A stretch of 63,455 nucleotides of DNA, counting the filler. It is 6 parts of 6 records of this genome, joined end to end, with 100 filler letters (N's around TTAATTAATTAA, not from the genome) between each part and the next. Parts side by side here need not be neighbours in the genome. Positions count along the whole stretch, not along the records: positions 28,066 to 49,974 come from DRR723986_13310; 5 more parts are not named here. One strand, 5' to 3'. A model generated the notes under the pieces. The model saw only the letters and a program-made list of their open reading frames with translations, did not search any database and was not told where the DNA came from. Shown here one piece after another: positions 40,018 to 50,074 of this stretch (position 1 is the first letter of the stretch; each line of letters begins with the position of its first letter). Made by a program: the position numbers and the translations under genes.

Positions 40018-42834
40018 CTACTGTCCGAGTGATACGCTTCCGGCTGGGATGGATTGAAGTCCACCAATGGCTGAAAGGTTCTGTTGCAGTCGCGCGATGA
40101 CTTGTTCCATGTTGTAGAACTGAGTCAGTAGACGCGTGCGCTGCTTGTCCAACCGCGTGCTGAGCGCTTCAATTCGTTGGCGATTCTGATCAATCTGAGA
40201 GTTCAAGGTTTCGCTGCGATTCAGCAAAGCACCTCGTTCGACTCCGGCTAACGAATCGGCAACATCTTTGGCCAATTGGGAGAAGCCGTTTACCTGCGTT
40301 GTAAAGTCGGCTTTGTCTGCGTCGGGATTTGACGCCAAAGCGGCGTTGTATCGGTCTTCGTCGAAAACCTCCCGGCCAGCGAAAAACTCACGGACCGCAG
40401 CGGGATCACGATCGTATGCCGCATCAAATTTTGTCTGGCTAAAACTGAGCTTGCCGTTCTCGTTGATGTCGATTCCAACCTGCGCCAGCGACTTAACATC
40501 GCCTACGCCACGGACACTTCCACTGAGAAGTCGTCCAAACGCAAAATCAACTCTCAGTGCGGAACTCTTGCCAAACAAGATTCCAACACTCTGCGAAACT
40601 GGATCGAACGCGGTGACTTCATCAAGCTTGTCACGCACTTTGTTGTATTGGTCGACGAAGGCTTCCAATTGGGTCGCGATGTTCCCCTGATTCTCTTCAA
40701 CACTTACTGTCACCGGTGAATCGCTAGCGTCGTTGACGGTCAATTCGATATCGTCGATCAGGCCTTCGAATTTATTGTCGCTTGATGAAACGACAATGCC
40801 ACCAGAGGTGTCGCTGGAGCCGAACGCCAACAGAGCGTCACGAGCTGCGGCGGTTTGCGACAATCCAAGCGGTAGCTCGGAGCTAATGGCAACTCGACCT
40901 TGAGCGCCCGTCGAAGTACCGCTGAGCAGCAGCCTTACGCCTCCCGCAGAGTCGAGGTTGAGAATGTTTGCATTCAGTGGAGTGCTGCTGAGTTCGTTGA
41001 TTGAATCAGCCAGTTGTTCGACGGTTGTTTCGCTAGTCGTGGCAATGCGAATCGTCCTTGAGCCGTCGATGCCAACAGCGGGTGCGCCGTCGACGGTCAG
41101 ACTTTCGGCCGTTCCAGCTATGCCAAGCTCCGACGCCGTGCTCCCTCCGCCGGAGTCAACGATCGTCAAGCTGCCTGTTCCACCGGCGTCGTCGGTGATC
41201 ACAATGCCATCACCGGCATCGTTGATTCTTGCCGTGACACTGACGCCAGCGTTGTTGATCTTGTCGATCGCGTCACCAATTGTCTCAACGCCACCTGATG
41301 CCAGGTTAACTGTCGAAGTCGCTCCGTCGGAATCAACGATCGTGAAACTTCCCAACGCCACACCTCGGCCTTGGTTGTAGTCCGACAGCGATGTGTTCCG
41401 AGTAACAAACTGCTTCTCGAGTGCTTCACCGCTCAGGCTGGATTCGCTGACCGAGCCTTCGATTTTAAGGGCGGTTGCTGAGTTGGTGCCGTCGGCGTTT
41501 GCAATGGTGAGATCGTTTGCTGTAGAGCCGGTCGAGTCGACGATCTCCAGTCCAGATTTGTCACTGTTCAGGCGTGCTGTCACCCCTGCCGAAGATCCGT
41601 TAATGGCATCGATGACGTCTTCCAAAGTTTCAGCGCTGGAGAGGTCAACCGTGTCAGCAGTACCGCTGCGATCGGTGATGGTGATTTCCCCGAGTTCGCC
41701 CAAGCCGTTGCCGCCACCAAGCGAACTGAGCAAAGTGTCGCTAAGACCTGAGACCAAGCGATCGCCACTGATGACCCCGCCTACTGCTGCGTTGTCAAAT
41801 CCAAGCTGCTCCGCCAAGTCACCCGTTGGGCTGGAAACGGAGAATGTTCCCGCTCCGCCTGACAAGTCTTCTATCTCGAGTGATTTACCATCTGCTGCAA
41901 CGCGAGCTTCAACGTCACCGCCGCCAGCGTCATTGATCGCGTCGACCAACTCTCCCAGACTGGCCGAGTTGTTCTCGATATCAAGCGACACTCCAATGGT
42001 TGATCCATCCGACAGGTTTAGCTCTAGTGCGTCGCCTGCGGCAGGAAAGTCGAGCCCGATTCCATCACGCAGCGAACGAATACTTGTACCATCATTCAGC
42101 GATTGGACGCTTGATCCATTGGCACTGTTGGCAGCCACGTTGATATTGGCTAGTCCAAGATCAGCGGCCGTTGTACCGGAGCCCACTTCTGAAACCTGTA
42201 GATTGCTCCCGGTTTGGCCTGTTACGTCGGTGAGCTGGAAGGTGTCGCCATCAAGACTAGCAACGACTCCAAGCGACGATTCTGCATTGATTGCTTCGAC
42301 AACGTCACTGGCTGTCTGAGCGAAACGCAGATCAATTTCAGCCGATGCGCCGCTGCGGTCGGTGATCTGAATCAGTCCTCGAGAGATTCCAGCGCCGCCG
42401 TTGAGGCTATCGAGGCTGACCGATTTATCAAGGAATCCGCCTGTGCGGATAACCACTTCGCCTTCGCCGACCTTTTGGTCCCGCGACGCGAAAAGCCCAC
42501 TGGTGAGTTGCTGGCTTTGGGCGGTACGAATCGGTTGGAACGAATACGAGCCAACTTTGGGGCTTCCGGTATTCCGCACCGTCAGCGCGTCGGTGTTGTT
42601 GCTCGTGGCCGTTGCAGCTCGATACAGTGAGTCTTGGCCCAAACGTTCAGCGGTTAGCTCGACACCAACGACTAGTGTCATCAGCTCGGTGATCGCAACT
42701 TGCTCTCGTTGCAGCAGTTGATTGCGGCTTTCCAGGCGATCACGTGGAATCGCGTTAAGCTGCATGAGTTGGTTGACGGTGTCTTCGATTGCGACACCAG
42801 TCACCAAGCCAACACTGGATTGAATTCGTCCCAT
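40018..42834 (-). CDS. fliD: flagellar filament cap protein, extended form
   Basis: N-terminal SSVGLVTG..IEDTVNQLM, C-terminal FVDQYN...RLLTQFYNMEQVIARLQ; repeated internal 'DVIDAIN' domains; downstream of flagellin. Confidence 0.9.
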   Translation of the reverse strand: MGRIQSSVGLVTGVAIEDTVNQLMQLNAIPRDRLESRNQLLQREQVAITELMTLVVGVELTAERLGQDSLYRAATATSNNTDALTVRNTGSPKVGSYSFQPIRTAQSQQLTSGLFASRDQKVGEGEVVIRTGGFLDKSVSLDSLNGGAGISRGLIQITDRSGASAEIDLRFAQTASDVVEAINAESSLGVVASLDGDTFQLTDVTGQTGSNLQVSEVGSGTTAADLGLANINVAANSANGSSVQSLNDGTSIRSLRDGIGLDFPAAGDALELNLSDGSTIGVSLDIENNSASLGELVDAINDAGGGDVEARVAADGKSLEIEDLSGGAGTFSVSSPTGDLAEQLGFDNAAVGGVISGDRLVSGLSDTLLSSLGGGNGLGELGEITITDRSGTADTVDLSSAETLEDVIDAINGSSAGVTARLNSDKSGLEIVDSTGSTANDLTIANADGTNSATALKIEGSVSESSLSGEALEKQFVTRNTSLSDYNQGRGVALGSFTIVDSDGATSTVNLASGGVETIGDAIDKINNAGVSVTARINDAGDGIVITDDAGGTGSLTIVDSGGGSTASELGIAGTAESLTVDGAPAVGIDGSRTIRIATTSETTVEQLADSINELSSTPLNANILNLDSAGGVRLLLSGTSTGAQGRVAISSELPLGLSQTAAARDALLAFGSSDTSGGIVVSSSDNKFEGLIDDIELTVNDASDSPVTVSVEENQGNIATQLEAFVDQYNKVRDKLDEVTAFDPVSQSVGILFGKSSALRVDFAFGRLLSGSVRGVGDVKSLAQVGIDINENGKLSFSQTKFDAAYDRDPAAVREFFAGREVFDEDRYNAALASNPDADKADFTTQVNGFSQLAKDVADSLAGVERGALLNRSETLNSQIDQNRQRIEALSTRLDKQRTRLLTQFYNMEQVIARLQQNLSAIGGLQSIPAGSVSLGQ

Positions 42835-43032
42835 TGTTAGGCTCCAAGTCTCTCGTCTCAGTTTAAGCCAGTTACCGTTTGGGGGGACGGTGGTTTTGCT
42901 AGCGAGGCACGTGAATCAAGCGGCATTCAGCGAGCTGCACAGTTTTGCATGCATTGCACTGATTTGCGTTTACAGCACTGATTTCCATGCATTGAACTGT
43001 GCAGGGGCAGTCAGCTTGTCCACGTTGTCAAT

Positions 43033-43058
43033 ACTTCGGCAGTTTTCGACTCGTTTGC
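43033..43058 (-). promoter_or_regulatory. possible sigma-28 promoter of fliD
   Basis: GCAA-N14-GCCGAAGT, resembling TAAA-N15-GCCGATAA; located downstream of the fliC terminator. Confidence 0.4.
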
Positions 43059-43094
43059 GTAGGTTGCTTTGATTGGCCGTGCAAACCTAGCATG

Positions 43095-43132
43095 AAAAAA
43101 GCCGCGAGATGCTGAAGAGCGTCCCGCGGCTT
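43095..43132 (-). terminator. intrinsic terminator after flagellin
   Basis: Minus strand AAGCCGCGGGACGCTCTTCAGCATCTCGCGGCTTTTTT. Confidence 0.8.
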
Positions 43133-43177
43133 GAGTTTTCAGTCACCTTGCGGACATTACGGCCGCAAGGAGCGTGA

Positions 43178-45235
43178 CTATCGGAGCAATCCGAGAACGT
43201 TCTGCGGGTTCTGGTTCGCGATTCCAAGTACCGATGTACCGGACTGAACAAGGATCTGAGCCCGTGTCAGTCGAGCAGATTCAGCAGCGAAGTCTGCGTC
43301 ACGAATCGAGCTTTCCGCTTCGGTCAGGTTAGCAACCGTATCGTTCAGTGAAACCAGGTTACTTTCCAGAGTCGTTGCTTGGAAAGCACCAAGACGACCG
43401 CGGAGGCTGGTAACCTTGTTGATCACTTCGTCGATCACCTTGCCAGCACCACCGACGTCAGTGTTCAACGCCTTCGATTGACCACTGCCTAGCTCGTACA
43501 GTCGACCGCTTGCTCCACCAAGCTTACCGGTCGAAAGCGATCCGATACCAAGGCGAGCTTGTTGGTTGCTGACCACGTCGCCACCAAGCTGGAACAGAGC
43601 TCCACCGCCGTTGATTTCAAAGGCGAAGTTGGTGCTAGATCCTGCGTCGACGGTCAGTGACAAGTCGAGTGTCGCTGTGTTGATGCTCAGCGTGTTTGCG
43701 TCGCCCGTAGCACTTACACCGTTGACCGTTGCGACAATGTCTGCTCCGGTGTCACGTGTTGTACTTAGAGCAGCTTCGAACGTTCCGCCCGTGCCTTCGC
43801 TGATGACTTCAAGGTCAACCAGCGAGTCGCTACCGTAGTCGACACTGGACAAGTTCAGAGCACCACCGGAAACGGCTGCCGTAACGTTGGTAGCGTCAGA
43901 AACCAGGTTGATAGCTGCAGAGATCTGCTGAGCAGATGCACCGGCCTTGAAGTTGAACGTATCAGCACCGCTGGAACCATTCAACTGGAAGACAACGTCT
44001 GCATTCAGCACTTCACCACCGGTTGAACCAGTGCTGACGGACTCAGGTAGAGCCGAAGCACCGTAGCTCACGTTAGCCCCGCCTGCCGCACTGAAGAGTG
44101 CAGTACCAGCAGCACCGTCGATTGTATGCGAACCGATTGCAGTCGCAATGTCGGCTGCAGTCTGAGGTGCAGAGCTATCAACGGTAACCGTCAAAACCTT
44201 CGCAGTTGAATCAAAGTCCGCCCCGTTTGCGGCACCTGATACGAAGTTGACCGTGACGTTGTTGTACTCCGAACCGGTGTTCGCAGCCGTAACCGTCAGA
44301 CCAGCTACGTCGTTGGTGATTGTTGGAGTCGCAGGAACGGCGTCAACTGGCGTACCGGAGCCGGTTGAGCCAACTGCCAAGAATCCGTCGATGTTGTTAA
44401 TCGCTGCTTGGATAACGTTGGCGTCTTCAGTACCAGCACCACCACTACCAGCACCGTCTCCACCGAGGAAGTCAGCCTCGATCGTCAAGACACCTGTGCC
44501 AGCATCGAAAGCTGCGGTTCCGGTGCCTGCTGCAGCATTATCATTGATAACAACACTCGTAATAGCGTTGTTGCCAGTGACGCTGATCGTTTCGCCAGCG
44601 ATTGCTAGGTCGAAAGTCGCCACGTCAGCGGTCGCCGCATTGGCGTTTGCAGCCGTTGTGAAAGCACTGGAGGCGGCAGACAAAGTAGCCTGTTGAGCAG
44701 CGGCGGTGATTTCGACGTCAACCGCAACAGTGCCCGTTGCACCCAAGTTAGCTTGATCAATGTTTGCATCGGTAACGGTTGCTACGCTGTCAAGCGTGCT
44801 GGTGAAGTCCAGCGAGCCGTCGAGCAGCTTTCGACCTTGGAAGGTCGTCGTTTGAGCGATACGGTTAATTGCTTCAAGCGAGGAGTCGATCTGAAGCTGG
44901 TTAGCAGCGATTTCGTCATCGCTAAGAGCACCGTTGTTAGCTGCTTCGACGACCAAGCCCCGGACGTCGTTAAGCAGCGAGCTGACCTGACCAAGAGCAC
45001 TGTCAGCCGTTGCGATGATCTGACTAGCACGCTGGGTATTGCTGATCGCCTTGTTGATGCCAGTGATGTCACTTCGAAGTGCTTCACTCGCGATCAGACC
45101 AGCAGGATCGTCCTTACCAGTGTTGATTCGCAAACCTGTGCTCAATCGAGTCAGCGAGGTTTGCAGATCGTTGTTCGTGCTGTTCAGTCGGTTTTGAGCT
45201 ACAAGCGAGCTCACGTTAGTGTTAATTCGAGTCAT
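43178..45235 (-). CDS. fliC: flagellin
   Basis: MTRINTNVSSL...RLSTGLRIN..KDDPAGL N-terminus; AESSIRDADFAAE...LTRAQIL...VLGLLR C-terminus. Confidence 0.97.
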   Translation of the reverse strand: MTRINTNVSSLVAQNRLNSTNNDLQTSLTRLSTGLRINTGKDDPAGLIASEALRSDITGINKAISNTQRASQIIATADSALGQVSSLLNDVRGLVVEAANNGALSDDEIAANQLQIDSSLEAINRIAQTTTFQGRKLLDGSLDFTSTLDSVATVTDANIDQANLGATGTVAVDVEITAAAQQATLSAASSAFTTAANANAATADVATFDLAIAGETISVTGNNAITSVVINDNAAAGTGTAAFDAGTGVLTIEADFLGGDGAGSGGAGTEDANVIQAAINNIDGFLAVGSTGSGTPVDAVPATPTITNDVAGLTVTAANTGSEYNNVTVNFVSGAANGADFDSTAKVLTVTVDSSAPQTAADIATAIGSHTIDGAAGTALFSAAGGANVSYGASALPESVSTGSTGGEVLNADVVFQLNGSSGADTFNFKAGASAQQISAAINLVSDATNVTAAVSGGALNLSSVDYGSDSLVDLEVISEGTGGTFEAALSTTRDTGADIVATVNGVSATGDANTLSINTATLDLSLTVDAGSSTNFAFEINGGGALFQLGGDVVSNQQARLGIGSLSTGKLGGASGRLYELGSGQSKALNTDVGGAGKVIDEVINKVTSLRGRLGAFQATTLESNLVSLNDTVANLTEAESSIRDADFAAESARLTRAQILVQSGTSVLGIANQNPQNVLGLLR

Positions 45236-45402
45236 TTAAAAATACTCCCAAGGATCGGGTCGGTGAAGGTGTTCTACGCCGCAACACTTCGGCAAGGTAC
45301 TCTCGACACTGGGGCTACGTGTCAGCCGTCATGTCGTGCGAGGCGTCTTCGCGACCCGAACAATTTGCTTCTCGTGACCAACGTTGTTGATCACAGGGTG
45401 CG

Positions 45403-45428
45403 TCTTCGTCGGAATCGCAATGGGTTGA
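45403..45428 (-). promoter_or_regulatory. possible sigma-28 promoter of fliC
   Basis: TCAA-N14-GACGAAGA; same geometry as the fliD candidate. Confidence 0.4.
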
Positions 45429-45929
45429 GCCGATTAGGGACGATCCAAAATCGAGGCTCGCGTAAACAGTAGCATCGTAAAACGGGCCCTGAGTGTTGAT
45501 TCAAATGAGAATTCTGCAAAAACTAGGCAAGCAACCGGTGACATAGCTCCTAGCCGCCGCAAAACCGTCACAAACCAACTATTTTAATATTTCCAGGATT
45601 CTCAGACGCAAATCCATGCTCAGGTTGAGCAGGTGCGAAGGTGGCGTTTGCGAATTTCCCGCATGCCGCTTTTGTGTTTTCTACTACCCGCACACTGATG
45701 CACGCCCGCGCATTTGCTTTTGAGAATTCTTGATGTTTGCCCACGAGCCGCCTGTCATGCCCGCGAGTCACCTAGAATGCAAGCCTCTCGGAATTCCTCC
45801 CGAGGAACGCCCTCCTGCATCTAAAGAGGCCGCGTGTCGGTCTACCAGCAGCTTTGCCGCAGCAATCAATGGCTTAGCCAAGTGCCGACTGAACGCGTGT
45901 GTGCAATCCATAGGGCTGGATAAAAACGC

Positions 45930-45964
45930 AAAAAAGGCGAGTGCCCAAGCCCTCGCCTCTTTTG
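45930..45964 (-). terminator. intrinsic terminator after csrA
   Basis: Minus strand AGGCGAGGGCTTGGGCACTCGCCTTTTTT. Confidence 0.75.
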
Positions 45965-46014
45965 TCTGTTGAAAAACAACAGCTCAATATGTCTCTATTG
46001 TCACCAAGATCGGT

Positions 46015-46239
46015 CTAGCGGCGCCGATTACCCAGCGATCGCGTTTCGCCCGGCTGAACATGTCCAGCCTTCTGATTCTCGCGTTTGATCGCTTCGTAAA
46101 CCTCTTGGCGATGGACTGGAATATCCTGAGGGGCCTCAATGCCCAGTCGTACTTTATCGCCACGAATATCGACAATTGTGATAACTACGTCATCACCGAT
46201 CATGATGCTCTCGTCTCTGTGTCGCGACAGCACCAACAT
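46015..46239 (-). CDS. csrA: carbon storage regulator CsrA
   Basis: [17 protein letters not shown]...[30 protein letters not shown]. Confidence 0.96.
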   Translation of the reverse strand: MLVLSRHRDESIMIGDDVVITIVDIRGDKVRLGIEAPQDIPVHRQEVYEAIKRENQKAGHVQPGETRSLGNRRR

Positions 46240-46651
46240 GAAACGCTCCTTCTGAGTTCTTATAAATATCGATGTATTCAATCCGTTTGTCGTCGTTGGC
46301 CTGCAGCAGAACTCGCCCCTCGTGGAACAAGCTCATCCGTTTGGGAGATCTCCTGCTGAGAGAGATCGCCACTGATGTGGGATGCCTGACGTGAAAGCCT
46401 GTGGTGTCAATGGAATATAAGTTCCAGTGACGAACTGACGTATCGTCGCCAGAGTGAGCGAATAATCAGCCGGTCTGCTATCATTCATGTTAGTCCTGGC
46501 GTGCACATTAGTCCGGCAAGCCCGGCTAGGTATACCTGGCGCGACTATGATGCCGCTGCCCGCGCCCAAGACGTTCGCTCCGCTGGGCAAACAGAACGAA
46601 CACAATGTTGCTTCCGACACTTGCTAGCCATATCAGATTGGCGTGAAAACC

Positions 46652-47263
46652 ATGGGATTGTTCGACTTTTTCCGACGCAAGCCAAAGTACTCAGGCAACA
46701 CGGCGGGCACCAAGCCGCACAGCGACGGCCTGCCGCTGCGCAGCGCCGAAACGGATGACGACGATTCGCCAGGCCCCTCGGCCGACTACGTTATGGCTCA
46801 CTTTGCCCTCCGAGCATTCGCACTCGAGAAACCGCTCGTCGTCCTCGGTGTCGCGGTGAGTGACGACTTTGAGCGGTTTGTGACGGCGATTCTTGAAGAT
46901 GTTGAAAAGACTTGCGGGAAAAAGGCGACCTACTTACCCTCGGCGATCAAGCCACACTCAACGACCATCGGGAATTTTCCATGTGCGATAATCCAGTTCC
47001 CACACCCCATGGAGCCAACTGAGGCGTACATGGCTGCCGTAGTCGCAGAGCTGGATTTGGATTCAGAGCCAGACGAACGTCCCGACATGGAGTCAGTGCA
47101 CTCTCGCTACTTTACGCTTGAACATGGCGCTTCGTTTGATGGCGAATCGCGAACTGTTATCGCAGAATCCTTCGCGACCGGTCGAGCCAATCTTGGCGAC
47201 GGTCCAGAGCCGACGCCCGAAGCGTTTGCCGAACGCCTGAGAGAAATCTATCAAGCAGTTTGA
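46652..47263 (+). CDS. hypothetical protein
   Basis: 203-aa ORF starting MGLFDFFRRK; protein-like composition with RYFTLE and NLGDGPEP motifs. Confidence 0.7.
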   Translation: MGLFDFFRRKPKYSGNTAGTKPHSDGLPLRSAETDDDDSPGPSADYVMAHFALRAFALEKPLVVLGVAVSDDFERFVTAILEDVEKTCGKKATYLPSAIKPHSTTIGNFPCAIIQFPHPMEPTEAYMAAVVAELDLDSEPDERPDMESVHSRYFTLEHGASFDGESRTVIAESFATGRANLGDGPEPTPEAFAERLREIYQAV

Positions 47264-47309
47264 TGGTGGACGCCAAGTTGCCGAGTTGCTGACTTGCCCT
47301 GCCGACAAG

Positions 47310-48359
47310 TTATTCCTCTTGGGCGCGGCAATACGACTCATCATCAAAGATCTTCTGGGCAAGTCCCTTCAGATCAAACCGTGTACCGGTTGAAACGTTG
47401 TAGGCATTTAGATCGGTGCCGTATAAAACCGGCAACCACAAAAGTGCACCTTGCTTCTCCGCAAGCTCACCGCCATGCCCGAAATTGTCCCGAAAGAGCG
47501 CCTTCTTAGAATTTGCCTTTCCGTTGGCGACGAATCGAGTCAACTCTGGCAGTTCTTCAGCTTCGTACAGTCGCCACAGTTCGACCATCCATAGCCCTTG
47601 AGGGACGCAAAGGAAAGTCGTTTTCGGATACGCTTCACGTAGACGATCAATTCTCTCTCGAGCCGCCGCGGCTGCAACTTTCACTTCGGCGGAGTACTGA
47701 GGCAATCGTTTGTTGTTCTTGATGACCCAGGGCACTTGAATGACAAATACCGTTCGTGGATTGTGCTTGAGTGCCAAATCCACCCAACGACGATAGTCCT
47801 CTAGTGTGCTACCGAGATAATGCCCCGTAAGTGCCAACAGCTCCACATCGCCGGACTCGATTAATTTCTTCGCATGGAGAACATCTGGCTTCTTGCTGCT
47901 CCACAAGCTTCCCGGACTACCACTTGCACCGCCTGCTCTCACCACATACTGCTGGTGATGATCTAACCCAAGTTGCTTTGCATGCCCACCGATGTTTGAG
48001 ACGATCGGAAAAAAGAAGCTATGCCCCATGAACAAGCAGTTGTATCCTTTCTTTCGCCCAATCGCTGGATCGCCCGCAGGCCGCTCATACTTAAAACTGG
48101 GCTTCGCTTGCCGTTGTTTGTTGGTTGTGCCCTCGCCGACTACTTCTGGCAACCTCTTGCGAAGCACTTCCTGATAAGCTGCCGGAAGACTCGGGTAAAC
48201 CTGTTTGATCTCCTCGGCCGTTACTTTCCCATCGCCGTTCGCATCAGCTTGCGGTACGTTCTTCAGGATAATCTGCTGAAACTGCTCCGGAATCTGAGCA
48301 ATTGCAGAACTCGCACACAATGTGAACACCAAGCTGACTGCCAGCACAATCGTTTTCAT
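47310..48359 (-). CDS. secreted EF-hand + SGNH-like hydrolase
   Basis: Signal peptide (..SAIA-Q), DANGDGKVTAEE EF-hand loop, LFMGHSF nucleophile block, RDNFGH near the C-terminus. Confidence 0.7.
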   Translation of the reverse strand: MKTIVLAVSLVFTLCASSAIAQIPEQFQQIILKNVPQADANGDGKVTAEEIKQVYPSLPAAYQEVLRKRLPEVVGEGTTNKQRQAKPSFKYERPAGDPAIGRKKGYNCLFMGHSFFFPIVSNIGGHAKQLGLDHHQQYVVRAGGASGSPGSLWSSKKPDVLHAKKLIESGDVELLALTGHYLGSTLEDYRRWVDLALKHNPRTVFVIQVPWVIKNNKRLPQYSAEVKVAAAAARERIDRLREAYPKTTFLCVPQGLWMVELWRLYEAEELPELTRFVANGKANSKKALFRDNFGHGGELAEKQGALLWLPVLYGTDLNAYNVSTGTRFDLKGLAQKIFDDESYCRAQEE

Positions 48360-48768
48360 TTCAGGAAGTCTCCTCAGATGCTTACGCCAACGAGCCAATG
48401 AATCAAGTTGCGTGCAAATTCTATTGCGCATGCTACATAAAGTGCAATGTGACACGCCAAGCAGCTCCAGCGCCCCGCAGCCACAACTATCCCGCAGCCT
48501 GATCCCCGCCTGCAATTCAGCGCCCTGCTTCTTTACAACCTCCGTGCCCCTGCGCCTCCGTGAGAGCCCCTCTGCTCCAGCAAATTACAGCTCAAGCGAA
48601 AACTTCAGCCCCTGCACTTGGCCTCACTTATGCAATTGCGGCGAAACCGTCCAGTGTGTGACAAGTTGCATTTACGACTAGAATTCGGCCCCAAACAAGC
48701 GCTTTTGCCGAATGCAGTAAAGCAACATCGTTGGAGATCGGCGTGGTTAATTCGGGTTTTGAATAACC

Positions 48769-49518
48769 CTAACCAACGGAACCAACATCGGCGCGATCAT
48801 CCGCATTGTTGTAGTCAAAGGCGTCTCGCGAACAAAGCAGCTCATCGGATGCATCTACAAGCAACGAAACAAGAAACTGCGCGACTTCGTTCGGTTCGGC
48901 TACTTCGCCCCTCTCCAGCATGCTCGTAAAAGTGGTAGCGGTCTCTGTATCGGAAGCAAGGACAGAGTCAACAATCTGGGTCTTGACCGCGCCAGGGTTA
49001 ACCCGGATCGTCTGGGTTTGCGGTAACTCTTGTGCCGCGCAACGTGCAGCCATTTGCGCAGCCGCCTTGACGATTGAGTAGGCTCCCCACCCTGGGCGGG
49101 CTGTCGTGGCCGAATAGCTGTCTACGAATAGCATTCGTTTTATAGAGTGCTTTTGACAGATGGATTTGCACAGTGCGATTGGTGCGCCCACGTGAATCCG
49201 AAAATGCTCCGTTAACTCGTCCGAGTCGATCGTGTTGTATGGCTCCAACGGCACAAGTGATCCGGCCGAGTGCACCACGCCGTCAATTTGGGTTTCTGTC
49301 GCGATGGAAGCTGCAACCTGGTCAATACCAGCCGTTGTGGCGAGATCAGCATGCACTATCGTCACGCGCGGGCCGCACGTTGCGGATAGCGAATCAAGCA
49401 AGTCCAATGACCTGCCAACAGCGACAACGCGGAATCCACGCGTTGCCAAAGCAATTGCAACAGCGCGGCCAATGCCACGAGTAGCGCCAGAAACAATATA
49501 GATTGGGATAGGTTGCAT
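48769..49518 (-). CDS. short-chain dehydrogenase/reductase
   Basis: SGATRGIG, HSAG, YSIVK (YxxxK), NPG. Confidence 0.9.
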   Translation of the reverse strand: MQPIPIYIVSGATRGIGRAVAIALATRGFRVVAVGRSLDLLDSLSATCGPRVTIVHADLATTAGIDQVAASIATETQIDGVVHSAGSLVPLEPYNTIDSDELTEHFRIHVGAPIALCKSICQKHSIKRMLFVDSYSATTARPGWGAYSIVKAAAQMAARCAAQELPQTQTIRVNPGAVKTQIVDSVLASDTETATTFTSMLERGEVAEPNEVAQFLVSLLVDASDELLCSRDAFDYNNADDRADVGSVG

Positions 49519-49974
49519 AAGGGAGCGATTAGTCAGTCAAACGGAGTTTTTTACGCGATGCAGTCTAGTGCATAGTGAACACACAAACCGGTTCAGAAAT
49601 TTGCAAACACCGACTAGTCAGTGGATGGTCGTCGATTGCAACTAAAAGAGTATATCGACGTATCCAAGTCAAGCAGGTTTTGAGCCTGTCGCTGGCAGAA
49701 ACCGGTAACTTGAAGTGGAATCTGGGGAATAGCGTGCGAACGCAAGATGGAACGTGATGCAAAAGAAAAATTGTTGCTGTAACGCGATGGAGAGACGGCA
49801 TTTGGCGGGACTCGAAACAGCTCAGGCTGCTCAATTTGAACAGGAGAAAACAGAGCTTGAAGCCCGACTTCACGCAGAGAGAGATCTGACACGTTGTTGC
49901 ATCGCAACCTTAGGTCCCAGTGTTTTCAATGCAATTCCCTCAGTGGCGATTCCACACAATCAGCCGCAACGCGC

Positions 49975-50074
49975 NNNNNNNNNNNNNNNNNNNNNNNNNN
50001 NNNNNNNNNNNNNNNNNNTTAATTAATTAANNNNNNNNNNNNNNNNNNNNNNNNNNNNNNNNNNNNNNNNNNNN
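49975..50074. other. artificial contig spacer
   Basis: N-run, TTAATTAATTAA, N-run. Confidence 0.99.

Noticed and set aside
45236-45560. c-di-GMP riboswitch upstream of flagellin
   Set aside because: The leader is structured but lacks the GGCAAA / GAAA / GACGCAAAG signature of class I and the class II features.
49754-49974. Cys-rich partial ORF at contig end
   Set aside because: Short, truncated and motif-free; it cannot be supported as a gene.
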